Below are positions 1-13,852 of a stretch of DNA of 64,000 nt, in pieces. The stretch comes from Malacoraja senta. Taxonomy: Eukaryota. The stretch is from contig CM075999.1 in NCBI GenBank assembly GCA_038087875.1, positions 3,844,001 to 3,908,000 of the forward strand, read 5' to 3'. The first letter of the stretch is position 1. Each line of letters opens with the position of its first letter. The notes under the pieces were generated by a model, which saw only the letters and a list, made by a program, of their open reading frames with translations, was not told the origin of the DNA and ran no database searches. The position numbers were made by a program, and so were the translations under genes.

Positions 1-829
1 TAGACAGCAAGACTTAACCTGTTGGGGTCATGAGGACCAGTGGGTGTATTGTCCAACCAAGGAGTTGTTCTGAAGTCCTGACCTCCCTTTCTTTTGCAGC
101 AGGTGACTCAAATCCCACCCAACCTTTCAAAGGTCATTGTAAAAGCCACTAATAAAGAGCCGTGATCTTGTATATTGGTCTCTTTTTATTTTGTGTCTCT
201 GGAATTCTTGACTCTCAACACATCTCACCAAAGCTAAGAAATCTGGTTATTGTGTAACTGGGGCACAGGCACTGAATCCTGCCAAGGTGAAACAAGAATT
301 TGGCTTCCTTTTGGGGGTGGGGGGGAGATGGAGCATGAATTTACAGTAAACCCTTGCTGTAGTGAACCACACTGGGCAGGCGGGGGGGAGGGTTGAGAGG
401 GGGGAGGGAGGTGGTACCTGTTATTGCTAATGTTCTGCTACAACCAAATAAGGGGCTTAATATGTACAGTACCCTTGGAAAAAACAGCAAATAAGCATAC
501 AATAAATAAACAGTAAAGGGCACAAAATATACCATGTCTTGTGGGGTGGCCCAGCGGTACTGCAGTAGAGGAATGTTTATGATTTAAATTCTTGATTCTC
601 TGCAAAACGAGCTGTGGTGAGAATTACGGCTCATCCTCTTCAGTCCCATTGCGCCCCCAACCCCCTCCCTTCATCTCCCCACCCCCCCCCCCACACACAC
701 ACTACCGTGTCCACTGAGTGCACCTCACACCCTGCCTCTGTCCAAAAAAACTTATTTTAAGAACTGCGGAAAAGAGCTACGACCTTTGTTTTACAAAGAA
801 ATGTCGTTAATCAACAATTTCAGCCTTTC

Positions 830-1095
830 CAGCCCAGTGTGTGTCAGGATTGAATCTGAGGATAGACACTTGGTCCAGGACGTTTCGGAGTGGCTGCATG
901 ACGGCCTCAGTGTGGAGGGGGAGCAGCCAGAAGTCGTCGTGCTTGTTGGCGCAAATGACATCGGTAGGAGAAGGAAGGAGGTTCTGCAATATGGCTACAG
1001 GGAGTTAGGTAAATATCTTAAACACAGGACCTCCAGGGTAGTGATCTCAGGATTACTTCAGTCCTAAGTTCTAGTGAGGGTAGGAACAGGATGCT
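830..1095 (+). mobile_element. CR1-type LINE ORF1 (SGNH esterase-like) fragment, degenerate
   Basis: Translation EQPEVVVLVGANDIGRRRKEVLQYGYRELGKYLKHRTSRVVISGLL matches the GxND / VVISGLL esterase motifs of CR1 ORF1. Confidence 0.75.
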
Positions 1096-3864
1096 GTAAA
1101 CGATATCCCTTGTATAGAGGTCCGTTAAAACAGCTCTATGTTCCAGGGTAAATGCTAAAGTCATCATTGGTTTCCAACGTGATAAATTTCAAAATCACTC
1201 TAAAGGAAATGAAAAAATAAGAATTAATGTAGGTTGAATGTTAGAACAAAATGAATATTTTTGAAACTCTTCTCGGTTGGTAAAATAATTGATTAAAGGA
1301 TCTTTGCCTCAAGGCAGTGTTCTAGTTTTCAGGTTTCAAACTCCATTTCATTGATACCTGGAGCAGCTGCCTCCAACAACCGTGCATGGTACGGATGTGC
1401 ATCCATCAATGCTCAATGTGGGACTCTGGGGAGCATCATTAATCAGAAATATACATTATTAAATATACATTATCATGGGTCTGCAGTCACATTTATCTAA
1501 ATAGAAGTCGTTCTGTGGAACAGAAATATTTTCCACAAATTTATTTGACAATTCAAGAAAGCCTGCTGAATTCATCGCAGCAAAACACAAATGTGCTGGA
1601 GGACCTCAGCAGGTCAGGCAGCATCGATGGTGGGAATGTGAGAGCCAGTAGCTACAACAGGCCAGAAGGCACCATATTTCAGCTACATGGAGTAAACATA
1701 GAAACCACTAGGTCTATTTGAAAAGAGATCATTGGAGTTAGGTAATTACAATTTCTATCCACTGGTTTCCTTGTTGTCACTTGTACAGAGATAGTGTTGG
1801 ATGGTTTTATGCAAATTAAAATTATAGGTTATATTATAGACTCTAGTCACTTAAACATTGGCAAATGGAAAACAACTGTATTAAAAAATCAATGAGTTCT
1901 GGCCGAGTTCTGAAATGCTTTTTTTTAAATTAGCAAAGTATTTCACAAATGGGCCAAACACCAGGTTGTTATAACATTACACAAGACACTGTGGGGCTGC
2001 AGTAAAAATAAATCCCTACAAAGAGTTTGAATAGTGCTTTTGTAAATGAAACATGAATTTCCCAGCTTGGCTGTTATCATCATCAGTTACCAGCTTCACT
2101 GTTATCAACCTTTCTCTATTCAACAGGTCCTTGTTGATATTTGAACTCGTCTAAGTGCTTGGAATTTCAATGAGGTAAATAATGTCCTATTCCTCCCCTT
2201 GTTAATTCAAGGCTACACATCCACTCAGAAAATGTAATTTTGTTCTCCGGCTGTAGATATTCAACAAAGTCATGAGACTGATCAAAAAGCTCAGATCAAC
2301 TTGTCCTTCTGAAGAGATGTTGATTAATACATGGTTAGTGTTCCTCCATCTGCAGGCTGTGAGCAATTCTCACAAAATGCTTCCTTCAAGTACCAAGTCT
2401 TCTAGCCCATTAAAACTTTAACATTCACGGTCTGTAAAAGGCATTTTCCACAACTGGAGGAGTAAAGTAATAAATGTTAGATCAGATGCAAATCTTGCGT
2501 TCCAGTATCTTGTCTCTGAATCCATGCTGCAACATCAAGGATACAGTGGTATATGGCAGACAAACTGCTACTGTAAATATTTCTCTCATGTCAAAGTCAT
2601 ACATCAGAGAAACAGGTCTTTGAGCCCAACAAACCCATTCCATCACGCCCAGTAACATCAATCCCATTTTATTCTGCCCACATTCCCATAAACTCCGTCT
2701 CAAGAAGGGTCCCGACCCGAAACGTCACCTGCCCCTTTTCTCCAGAGATGCTGCCTGACCTGCTGAGTTACTTCAGCTTTTTGTGTCTTTTCTTCCCATG
2801 AACTCACCTAGATTCAACCATTTACTTACACAGTGGTGGCAGTGACCAATAAACCGAAAACTTGAGCATTTTCATAGAACGTAGGAGGAAACAGGAGCAC
2901 CTGAAGGAAATTATAGCGTCACAGGGCGAACATGCAAATTCCACGCAGACAGAGCCAGGAGTGAGAATCGAACCTGGGCCTCTGGAGCTGAGAGGCAGCA
3001 GCTCTGATGGTGATGCCACTGTGCTGTACACTAAGGATTGAAAGCTTATATTGAATCTAATAAAAACACAGACACCGTTGTCTTGATTTGTGCCCCAGAG
3101 GTTTTATTGTATAGTCAACAACAGTAAATGAGGAAGTAGGTAAACACTAGATGACTGATCTAATAAAACATTTTAGATGGCAAGTATATTCATTTTCAGT
3201 TAGGACTGCAGCGTTTTCATCAATTTACTCTGCCTCCTTCCTGGTATTGTCACAGAATTTGTGGAAGAGTTTTGAAGAAATACATTTTGGTTTAAATCAC
3301 AAAGCATAAATAATTTAAGCATTTGTCCAATAATTTCATTAACTGTGGTTGAAGGAACATTGATCTTGAAGGAACGGTGAACAGTTTACCTGTCTTTGAA
3401 AATCAACACTAAATCAATGAACGTTGGAGGTTAAGGGCAGACCTGACAGAAATATATAAAATTATGAGGGGCAGAAATAGAGTAGTCAGACAGAACCTTA
3501 TCCCAAGGTGGAAATATTAAAGACTAGAGGGCACAGCTTTAAGATGGAAGGGGAGAAGTTTAAAGGCGATGAGCGGGGCAGTGAGTGGTGAGTTCCTGCA
3601 ACACGCTGCTAGGAGTGGTGGTGGCAGGTTTCAGTCGCATTTAAGAGGCTTTTGGATAGACACATGGAGTTGCATGGAATGGAGGAATATTGATCACGTG
3701 CAGGCAGAGATTAATTTATCTTGTTATCATGTTTGGCACCAACATTGTGGGCCAGAAGGTCTGTACTGTTCCATGTCCTATGGTCCAGTGAGATTGAATG
3801 TGAGGTTATTTACATCCAGAACCATTTGATGTTTGTGTAGAGGACCGACATTGATGACTCTTCA

Positions 3865-3877
3865 GTTAATGATTAGA
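3865..3877 (+). promoter_or_regulatory. HNF1-like site in the fabp10 proximal promoter
   Basis: GTTAATGATTAGA matches 11/13 of GTTAATNATTAAC and lies ~125 bp upstream of the ATG of a liver-type gene. Confidence 0.55.
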
Positions 3878-4000
3878 TGTGAACCTTCAAACCAATTCTG
3901 CAGTCAGGTTATCAACCAACCCGACTGTTCCTGTGCTCAGTGTTAGGTATATGTGCCGCTCCTCTGTGTGAGACGTTCCCCAGACCAGACTGCAGCAAGG

Positions 4001-7000
4001 ATGGCATTCACCGGGACATGGCAGGTCTACGCTCAGGAGAACATTGAGAACTTCATGCGGGCTCTCTGTAAGTGATAGCGACTCCCTGGGGAATCCAGGA
4101 AATGCAGCAGGAGTTTCAGTTGTTGGTTAGTTCACTGTTTGGGATTGTGGCATAGCGCTTATACCCTGCATGGCACAAACTCCAGAATGGTGTTCAAGAG
4201 TTCATCAAGACTTGTGGAGTTCTTGGTGAACTCAAGAACTCAACTGTTTAGGGGGGGGGGGGGACTGCAGATGCTGGTTTACACCAAAGATAGTCACAAA
4301 ATGCTGGAGAAACTCAGCGGGACAGGCTGGAGAGAAGGAATAGGTGACATTTCGGGTCGAGACCTTTCTTCAAACCTCAAGATCTCGACTGTCTAGTTGG
4401 AGCTAGAACACCGGGTGAAGATCAAGCTGTCCGTGACCAACGACTTCAAGAACAGCTTCTTCTCAGCAACCAACGTCTCGTCAACACTGCACAACACTAA
4501 CCTCAGCAACTATGGTCAGATTACCTAAGTCCTTAGTGCAAGAAAAGCCCCAGTGTCTTTAGTTGCATTACGGACTTCAGTTTTGCACTGTTATCGTTAC
4601 CTAGCATCACTGTTAATAATTTATTTGCATTATTAATTGTTATATATTTATCTGTGTGTTATTGAGTTTACGGACCTGTAACGCTGCAGCAAGTAAGAAT
4701 TTCATTGTTCCGTTGTCAGTACATATAACATTGAAATACTCTTGAATCTTGAACCAAGATTTAGACTCAATGAGTGATATATTTCCAAGTCAGTGTGGCA
4801 TGTGGCGTGCACCTGCTGTCCTGGTACCTAGCAGAAGTCATGGGTTTGAGAATGGATAGGTGACGATTCGGGTCGGGACCCTACTGGCCAGCCTTTGTCC
4901 TGTCCCCACCTCTCTTTTCCAACTTTCTCCCCCCACTGTGTTAGTCTGAAGAAGGGTCCTGACCTGAAACGTTGCTTGTCCATTCCCTCCACAGATGCTG
5001 CCCGACCCGCTGTTCCTCCAGCATTTTGTGTTTTGCTCAATAATGTTTCAGAATACTTTTTGAGTTCAGATAATTTGATAGTTCCAATATCCAGATAGAT
5101 AATTGTCAGGAATCATTTACAGCTATCGGCATTCATTAATATAGGGATAGGGCTTGTCCTTCCCTCTTTTAGAGTTAGCAAGGAGAAAATATTTAGAAAG
5201 GAGATGAGGAGGAATATTATTTAATCAGAGGGTGGTGAATCAGTGGAATTCACTGCCACATGGCTGAAGAGGTATTGGGTTATTGTTATTGGGTATTTTT
5301 AAAGTGGAGAATCACAGATTTTTGATTAGTAAGGGTATCAAAGATTATGGGGATGAAGGCAGCAGAATGGCTTTGAGAGAGAAAGATAGATCAGCCATGA
5401 TTGAATGGCGGAGGAGACTTGATGGACCGAATCAGATTCAGATTCAGATTCAGAAAACTTTATTGTCTGTCGGAACAGAAAATCTTCTTTGGCGTGGCTC
5501 AACATACAAACAGGACAATGTACTGATAAGCAGTCATACAACACAGATTTCTGCGAGCACACACCGTGTGTATAGATCTTAAAAGCAAGTATAAGGATTA
5601 AAAACTGTAAAAATAGACAAGATGAAAGTTGTGGATACGTGTAAAGTGACAGTGCGTCAGGGTTAATTTGTCCATTGTTCATTTTTTATTTAAGCTGTTT
5701 ATGGCAATGGGTATGAATTAGTTTTTGTGGATGTTTTTCTTAGATAGGGGGATTTTATATCGGCGGCCTGATGGCAGAAGTTGGAAGGACTTGTGCAGGG
5801 GGTGGGTGGGAACCTGTGTAATGAGGTTGGCTTTCCTTTTAACTGCCTGGGTGTGAAGTACTGATAATTGAATGGCCTAATTGAATGGCCTAATTCTGCT
5901 CCTATGACATAAACTGATGACAAGACGGGCTGGTCATACATTCCCAGCTCAGGACGTGTGCAGTGTTCCTGGCACTTGCTGCCAAGTGGATTTGGGAGTA
6001 GATGTTGAAGAAGGCTTGGTGGATAGTGCAGTGCGGTTTGTAGATGGTCTGTATGATCATAGAGTCATACACAAAGAGCCTGGCCCTTCGGCCCAACTCG
6101 TCCGTGCTGACCAAGTGCCAATTGCGCATTTTGAGGAGAAGACGAAGGGGATTGATGAAGGTCGGCATTGAAGGTAGTGAGGGAGTGCAGTCATGGTTAG
6201 CTGTTGGTGGACAGTGGATACGTCTAAACAATCACCATCACTGCCTCACGCCTTATCTTAATTCTCAAACATTACACACACAAATCTATTGCTTTGTGAA
6301 TGCCTAACAAAACAATGGTCTATGTGTAGGAATGAACTGCAGATGCCGGCTTACATCGAAGACAGACACAAAATGCTAGAGTAACTCAGCGGGTCAGGCA
6401 GCATCGCTGGAGAAAATGAATAGGTGACGCTTTGGGTCAAGACCCTGATTCAGGGGAGAGGGGAACTAGAGATGTGAAACGGTTCAGAACAAATCAGAGC
6501 TGGCTAAGGAAAGGTGGAGTCCACACTGGTCCATTGACCAGGGCCAAGATCTGGCATCACCTGAACCATGAATTTTACCTGACCCGGACCGATTTAAAAG
6601 TCTCCCCTCAGCAACACCCTGCAAACTTCAATCCCTGTGCTTAATGTTCAAGGTACAATTGTAAAGATGATATTGCACTCCAGTTACAAGTGTGTGACTT
6701 GTATAATTGCACAGCGCTTCCAGAAGATGTAATAAAGATTGGGAAAGACATCAAGCCAGTCATTGAAATCAAACAAACCGGAGACAACTTTGTCATCACG
6801 ACCAAAACTCCCCGTCAGTCGGTGACCAATGAATTCACCATCGGGAAAGAAGCCGATATCACCAGCATGGATGGCAAAAAGATGAAGGTAATTTAATCTG
6901 ATGCCTAGTTGTTCTATCATTGTATAATCATGTATTGCCTCAATCATGTATCGTCTTTCCGCTGACTGCTTAGCATGCAACAAAAGCTTTTCACTGTACC

Positions 7001-8623
7001 TCGGTACATGTGACAATAAACTAAACTCAAAATGACTGTTGACACAGACCAAGTCACGGTACATCAAGCATGTTTGTAAATGTTGGGCGAGTCACTGCTT
7101 TCTTCAACAGCTCATCCATCTGCAAACCCGAACCTTGCCTGCCAGTCATGGGGCTCTTTCATTCTGCATATATATATATATATACATACACACGAGACCA
7201 AGTGGGACCCGTTGCGCCCCGTCCCCCAACGCGGCGGGGGTTGGGCGCGGCGTCGGCGCTCACCTCGGAGACATGCACCCCCCCCCCCCCCGGAGCCAAT
7301 CACCCCCCAGAAGGAAAATTGTGGAATTTATGGAGGCAATTAATCGTCCCCGCGTTGAGGGGGGATGGATCCAGAATGGAGGGCAGGAAATGTTGCACAC
7401 ATTTACAATGATCTTTTCTTCTGCACAGTGCATGGTTCAGATGGAGGATGGGAAGCTAATCTGCAAGTTAAAGAACTTCCTGCATGTACAGGAGGTGCAG
7501 GGATCCGAAATGATTGAAGTAAGTTCATGGAATTGTAGACCAGGGACATGATGGCCCAGATGGAGATCACTGAGTCCAAGTCCATGCCAGATCATGAGCT
7601 TCCTCTTCAAACTCTGCACATTGTACAGCTTTCAGCAAACATCGGTCAATGCCTAAACCTCAGGAGAGATATTGTCATGGAATGATGCAGTACAGAAACA
7701 GGCCCTTCAGCCCACCAAGTCCGTGCTGACCATATACACCGATTCCATGTTCATCTTGTTGTATCCTCCCCATATTCCCACCATCTCCCTCCAACCCACT
7801 GGGAACAGGCTACCACCGCCAACTAAACCAGAGTCCCGCACATGTTTGGGACAAGGCAGGGTGCCGGAGCACCCGGATGGGACAGGGATAGGGGAATAAG
7901 AGGATTAAATTTGAAATATAGGACATGGGGATGGAGAGGGTGAGCATGCGGAGGTGGGGAATGGAGCAGGGTGCCTGGTGGGGTGGGAGATGGTGGGGGA
8001 CATTTAGACACGTCAGAATGGTGGGTGGGGAGAGGGGGGGTGGCAATAAAGCCACCCACACAACGGACACCCCAGCCACTACTCTGAGCACCCACTCTGT
8101 CCATCAATGCGCGTTGGAATGCAAGGACCCTTTGTTCACCAGCACTAAGACGTCGAGGTACCAAAGGCTCCCAGCTCTTCTTCTTATCGAGTCCACATCA
8201 CAAGATGAGAAATTGTTCAGCCAGAGCTGAACACACTTCTCGACATCTGCATACAATGGCTTCTTGTGCGTGGTGGTGGAAAGATTGGTGGAAACAGGGC
8301 CGCGATCGGCGTGAACGCTCTTTCCTTGACCCCTACTCCCACTTGATTGGGGTCATTGCTTCTCAGGGCATTAATACATGAGGCCACACAGCAGGCTGGA
8401 TTTTTCCTCACTGCATCACCTGATATTGTGATCTCGCCAGCTCCCACCCTCCCCACTCACTCCCACCCTCTCACTCTCACCCTCCCCCACTCACTCTGTC
8501 CTGCTTTGACTTCAGATTGATGACGTTACCACTCGTTCCGACTCATTTCAGCTCCTACATTTTTTTTTACAGAAACTTACAGCAGGAACTGCCACCATGA
8601 CCAGGAAAAGTCGTCGAATCTAA
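4001..8623 (+). CDS. fabp10: Liver basic fatty-acid-binding protein (Lb-FABP/FABP10), 126 aa; exons 4001-4067, 6715-6887, 7429-7518, 8573-8623
   Basis: Spliced protein: [126 protein letters not shown]. All introns are GT-AG. Exon sizes 67/173/90/51 fit FABP gene structure. AATAAA at 8649-8654. Confidence 0.95.
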
Positions 8624-8775
8624 ACACACCCCGCTGGTCCTGTATTGAAATAAAAGGATTTCAATCCTGCTATTCGTGTGTATATTTATACATATTTATG
8701 CATATATATCTATCATGTTTATATTTTGGTTATGGTAGTTTCACAAGACGTTGGTGAGGCCACATTTGGAGTATT

Positions 8776-9030
8776 ATAGACAATAGACAATAGGTGCAGG
8801 AGTAGGCCATTCAGCCCTTCGAGCCAGCACCGCCATTTAATGTGATCATGGCTGATCATCCCCAATCAGTACCCCGTTCCTGTCTTCTCCCCATATCCCC
8901 TGACTCCGCTATTTTTAAGAGCCCTAATTAGCTCTCTCTTGAAAGTATCCAGAGAACCGGCCTCCACCGCCCTCTGAGGCAGAGTATTCCACAGACTCAC
9001 AACTCTTTGTAAGAAAAAGTGTTTCCTCGT
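8776..9030 (-). mobile_element. CR1 LINE 3' fragment nested in an older + strand CR1 fragment (8745-8775 / 9261-9560)
   Basis: Has the CR1 3' tail (cctattgtctattgtcta on -). The host frame KTLVRPHLEY... continues after 9261. Confidence 0.75.
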
Positions 9031-9039
9031 ATTGTTGAG

Positions 9040-9256
9040 GAAGGAACTACAGATGCAGGTTTACACCGAAGATAGACACAAAATGCTGGAGTAATTCAGC
9101 GGGACAGGCAGTATCTGGAGAGAAAGAATGGGTGGCATTTGGGGTCAAGACCCTTCTACAGTTTGGAGACGAGTCTCAACTCAAACCGTCACTCATTCCT
9201 GCTCTCCAGAGATGCTGCCTGTTCCGCAGAGTTACTTCAGCATTTGTGTCTATCTC
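9040..9256. mobile_element. Palindromic non-autonomous element made of two inverted Penelope-like terminal repeats
   Basis: Left arm agacacaaaatgctggagtaattcagcgggacaggcag...gacccttct is the reverse complement of right arm ...gatgctgcctgttccgcagagttacttcagcatttgtgtct. Confidence 0.75.
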
Positions 9257-10221
9257 TGTAGTATTGTGCTCAGAATTAGTCAGCCTACTGTAGGACAGAT
9301 GCCATTAGGCTGGAAAGGGTGTAGAGAAGATTTACAAGGATGTTGCCAGGACCCATGGGCCTGAACTATAGGGAGAACTTGGGCAGCCTAGGGCCTTATT
9401 CCTTGGAGCGCACGAGGCTAAGGGGTGATCTTACAGAATATTTTACCAAGGGTAAGGGAATCAAGAACTAGCGTTCATAGGTTTAAAGTGAAAGGGGCAA
9501 GATTGGTTAGGACCTTGAGGGGCAAATTGTTCACACACAGATGGTGGGTATATGGAAGGAGTCTAGGACATTGACAGAACTCAAAGTGCTGGAGGAACTC
9601 AGCAGGTCAGGCAGCATATGTGGAGGGAATGGAGAGGCAATGTTTTGTGTCGGGACTGAAGAAGAGTCCTGACCTGGAACATCATCTGTTAAGATTGCTC
9701 AGGATAGAGTCATAGATTCATAGAGTGATACAGTGTTGAAACAGGCCCTTCGGCTCAACTTGCCCACACCGGCCAATATGTCCCAGCTACACTAGTCCCA
9801 CCTGCCTGTGTTTGGTCCATATCCTTCCAAACCTGTCCTATCCATGTATCGCAGCATTCCATGGATTCCAGTGTCTGTAGGCATCTGGAGTCCAGTATAT
9901 TGATGTAGAGGTATGGTTCTTGGGGTCTGGCTGTTTCAGGCTGGGGTTGACTCACTCTGGGATAGCCATCCCAACTGTAAAGAGGGCTACGCATTGTGGA
10001 CACCATTCTGTTACCCAGACAGAAGCCATTGTGCTGAAACACTTTGCCACCAATCTAGACTTTGGACCATAACTCAGTGAAGCCAAACATGAATAAAAGA
10101 AATAGGTTATTTCATGCAACTTTTTTACTGAAGATAATGGAAATATTTCCCCCAAAAGTTCAGCATTTCTCTCTCTGATTCACCGTGAGTTAATTTCTGA
10201 GGAAGGAGGGTCTGGTATTTT

Positions 10222-10911
10222 CTACCTCTTGGACTTTGTATCGTTTTCTACTGCGGGGAAACAAGAAGTTCCACACTGAATAATGGAATATTTTACAACC
10301 AAGAAGCAAAGCTCAGACACATTCAACAAGATGCACAATGCTGAGATCACCAACATAAACACAGTGCAGATAGTTTTCTCGGTGGGCCTGGAAATGAAGC
10401 AGTCTACAGTGTTGGGGCAGGGGTATTCACTGCACTTCACAAGCCGCACCATCTGGTACCCCTCGTAGATCCAGTAAAACAAGTACATAAAGGTCGCTTC
10501 AAATAGCATCTTGAAGACAAGACTGACCAGGTAAGTCCGTAGAAGAGGGGCATCGATCTTTATTTTCTGTTTAGCTGCATTCAGGTGAAAGATTTTGATG
10601 TTCTTCTTGCTTTTTTTCCTTTGGGAGACGTGCATGCCGATGAGAAAGGAGGGGACGGACACAAAGAGTAGCTGGAAGACCCACAGCCGGATGTGGGAGA
10701 TGGGGAAGAAGCGGTCGTAGCAGACGTTCCTGCAGCCGGGCTGTTGGGTGTTGCAGACAAAATCGCTCTGCTCGTCTCCCCACACCGTCTCGGCCGCCAC
10801 CACCAAGACCATCACGCGGAAAACGAAAATCACCGAGAGCCACACCTTGCCCAGCGACGTGGAGTACTTGTTCATCTCGCCAAGCAACTCTTGAAGGGTG
10901 TCCCAATCCAT
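10222..10911 (-). CDS. Beta-connexin (GJB2/GJB6/GJB1-like), copy A, 229 aa, single coding exon
   Basis: Motifs [33 protein letters not shown] and [20 protein letters not shown]; six extracellular Cys; four TM segments. Splice acceptor tttattcctag lies 11 nt before the ATG. Confidence 0.95.
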   Translation of the reverse strand: MDWDTLQELLGEMNKYSTSLGKVWLSVIFVFRVMVLVVAAETVWGDEQSDFVCNTQQPGCRNVCYDRFFPISHIRLWVFQLLFVSVPSFLIGMHVSQRKKSKKNIKIFHLNAAKQKIKIDAPLLRTYLVSLVFKMLFEATFMYLFYWIYEGYQMVRLVKCSEYPCPNTVDCFISRPTEKTICTVFMLVISALCILLNVSELCFLVVKYSIIQCGTSCFPAVENDTKSKR

Positions 10912-12889
10912 CTTGGATTACCCTAGGAATAAACAGCACGAGTTATGTTGTGTGCAGGAAGGAACTCCAGTTGCTGGTTGAAACCGAAGATAGACACAAA
11001 AACCTGGAGTAAACTCAGCGGGACAGGCAGCGTCTCTGGAGAGAAGGAATGGGTGACGCTTTGGGTCTGAACAAGGGTCTCGACCCAAAACGTCACCCAT
11101 CAGTTATGTTGTTACAGCTGAGAATCAATGTTAACGTAATAAATTATTATTAGTAGTAAGAAACCAAGGTGAATGAATGAATGTATGAATGAATAAATGA
11201 ATGAATACTTTATTGTCACACGCCCTGAAGAAGGGTCTCGACCCAAAACGGCACATATTCCTTCTCTCCGGAGATGCTTCCTGTCCCGCTTACACGGCAT
11301 TTTGTGTCTATCCAAGGACTCTCCAGTTTCATCGCTTTTGGTGGTAGCTCAAAAAACAGCGGCATAAATCTAGTGCTTAAAAGTTCATCAAAGCCAGTGA
11401 ATATATCTACTCAATTTTGGAAACTATTAAAGATGCAAAGTGGATCAAAGAAACTGCAGATGCAAGAAGGCTGAAATAAACATATGAAATGATGGAGTTG
11501 TCTGCAGATCAGGTAGCAACTGTGGGAAATGAAACAGAGTTAACATTTCAGGTCAAAGTTCTTTCATCAGAAGGTATGGATATAGCGAGCACCAGCTCAT
11601 CCCCTCAGAGTCCTTGAGTCTGTTCCGACATTAAAAGGGATCATTCCTAATAGTCGCACTTATTCACTTGCTCTAAATGCTTTAGAGACATAAGGAACTG
11701 CAGATGCAAATCACAAAGTGCTGGGTGAACTCGGCGGGTCAGGCAGCATCTGTGGAGAGAATGGGCAGACGACGTTTCGGGTTGTGTCCACTCTTCACTC
11801 ACTTCCTTCCAGAGAGGCTGTCTAACCTTCTTAGTTCACCCAGCATCGTCTTTGTCTTCCCCCCTATTCCTTTGATTATCATATGATCCAAATCTCTGCC
11901 AATCTCCCCCTTGAATCTTGTCAACGACATTGATCACCCTGGAGTCAGAGAGTTGTGAAGATTCATAGTCCTCTGATTTATGCAGTTTCTGCCCATCTCT
12001 GTACCTCGTGACCCTGGTAATGAGAAGTATTCCATTTGTGGCCAAATAGTAAAAACAATTCAGAACATTCCATTGGAGGAACAAGTAAGTACAGATGCTG
12101 GAATATTGAGTGAAACACAAAGTGCTGGAAGAACTCGGCAGGTCAGGCAGCGGCTTCAATGAAGACCTTGCTCTCAATATTCCAGCTCCACATTTTGTTT
12201 CTGTTCCTATAATTGTCAAATTCACACACGATCAGACACAGAGTTTAGTTCAAATGTAAACCGTTTATTGCTGCGTGAAAACATGATTGGTGTAGTGGGG
12301 GCAATGTTGTAAATCAAGAGAGTCCATGCACTCCCACTCCCCCAACAGGCAAGCCAAGTGCCAGGCAATCTCACCCAGAGGACCAGCTCCCTGTGCCAAC
12401 ACCCTCAGGACAGGACCAAGCACGGGCTGAGGACAGTAGACCGCACACTCCACAGGAACATTGACCATGCGTGGAATCTGTCTCCCCGTGATCATGCCCA
12501 CCACCAAACGTTGTCCTTGTTTGGTGGCTCATCCGTCAGTATCATTACCATTTATTGGGGCGTAAGGCAATGCACAGGAGCAGCCTGGCACAGTTGGAGA
12601 CGGGGGTCACATCACTTCCCAATGCCACCTCCAACATGTCTGCAGCAATCTCACCATCAGAAGCCCAAGCAAACAGAGGAGCTGTGCTTGGGGGATTGCA
12701 TGCCAATGTGTACCTGGATTACCAGATGTTGGTGTGTCACTTGCCAGCTGTGCAGATGGCTGGGCTCAGCGTGCAAGAACATTGACAATAGCATCACAGG
12801 GTGTATAATGAACTGGAGTTTGCCGTATACTAAAGCTACTGGGTTCTGAATGAGGTTGATAGATCTTTCATAACAAGCTTCACTCGTTT

Positions 12890-13187
12890 CGTTTAGTGTG
12901 ATATACAGTGTAGAAACAAGCCATTCGGCCCACTAAGTCCACGCCGACCAGCTATCCTCGCACACTAACACTATCCTACACACACTAGGGACAATTTACA
13001 ATTTTACCAAGCCAATTAGCCTACAAACCTGTACGTCTTTGGAGTGTGGGAGGAAACCGGAGCACCCGGAGAAAACCCACGAGGTCACAGGGAGAATGTA
13101 CAAACGCCACACAGAGAGCACCCGTAATCAGGATCGAACCTGGGTCTCTGTGAGGCAGCAGCTCTGCCCGCTGCACCGCCGTGCCGC
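12890..13187 (-). mobile_element. tRNA-derived V-SINE (HE1-like)
   Basis: Pol III A/B boxes plus the V-domain core (gtgggttttctccgggtgctccggtttcctcccac) on the - strand. Confidence 0.8.
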
Positions 13188-13852
13188 CCCACCTATACAT
13201 GAACTGGAACACTTCTACAAACATAAGCTGTATCCTAGTCTGATGGGTCATATGTTACAATCAAACTGCACAGTTCAACAATATTCAGTGGGGTGCATAC
13301 TGCTAAAATCACTAATATAGATAGAGTAATAGTTATGTTCTGATGGACAGGAAATAAACACATCAATGTTATTCGGAAAAGGACATTTGCTGTTCCCTAC
13401 TCCAATAACTTTCACGTGTCATTTTGTTCTCTACAATATTTGATCTAATAATTTATCTAATAATTCTCTTAGGTCCTAACATTAATCATCTATTCAATAC
13501 CTAGAATTTAAAGTATAGAAGTTCCAATCTGCATCAACTTCCCTATCAGATGTACCTATTAGTTACGCATAAATAATTTATCTTATAATCCTCTTGCTGA
13601 ATATTTTTCATGGGTGGTGACATTCCTGAAGGTTTGCTGAAGGTCACAACGATGCAATAATACCTTCCACTGAAGTGTCAAATATGGGTGCAACATATAA
13701 CTAAAAATAAAGAGAACACAAGTGAGGAAGGGTTTGACAATTCTCCTCTCCCATCACCCTGGTAACCACTGTAGCAGTCATACAAAGATTGTGTTGGTTG
13801 TGAGCTGTGTGTGTGCATTGAATGATCATAACTGTGGCACCCATTAGTGGAC

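Noticed and set aside
2698-2726. Hammerhead-like copies at ~2698, 9656, 11225, 19279, 33844 and 34701
   Set aside because: Each has a substitution in an invariant core position (G5, G8, G12 or A13), so none is called as a functional ribozyme.
7039-7551. 170-aa ORF
   Set aside because: Only 7429-7518 is real (fabp10 exon 3). The rest is intronic read-through across microsatellite and GC-rich sequence.
10571-10939. Alternative-frame ORF shared by both connexins (also 14592-14960)
   Set aside because: Its similarity follows from DNA-level homogenisation, and it starts in intronic sequence upstream of the acceptor.
12358-12849. 163-aa ORF between the connexins
   Set aside because: No recognisable domain or splice structure; probably a decayed retroelement.
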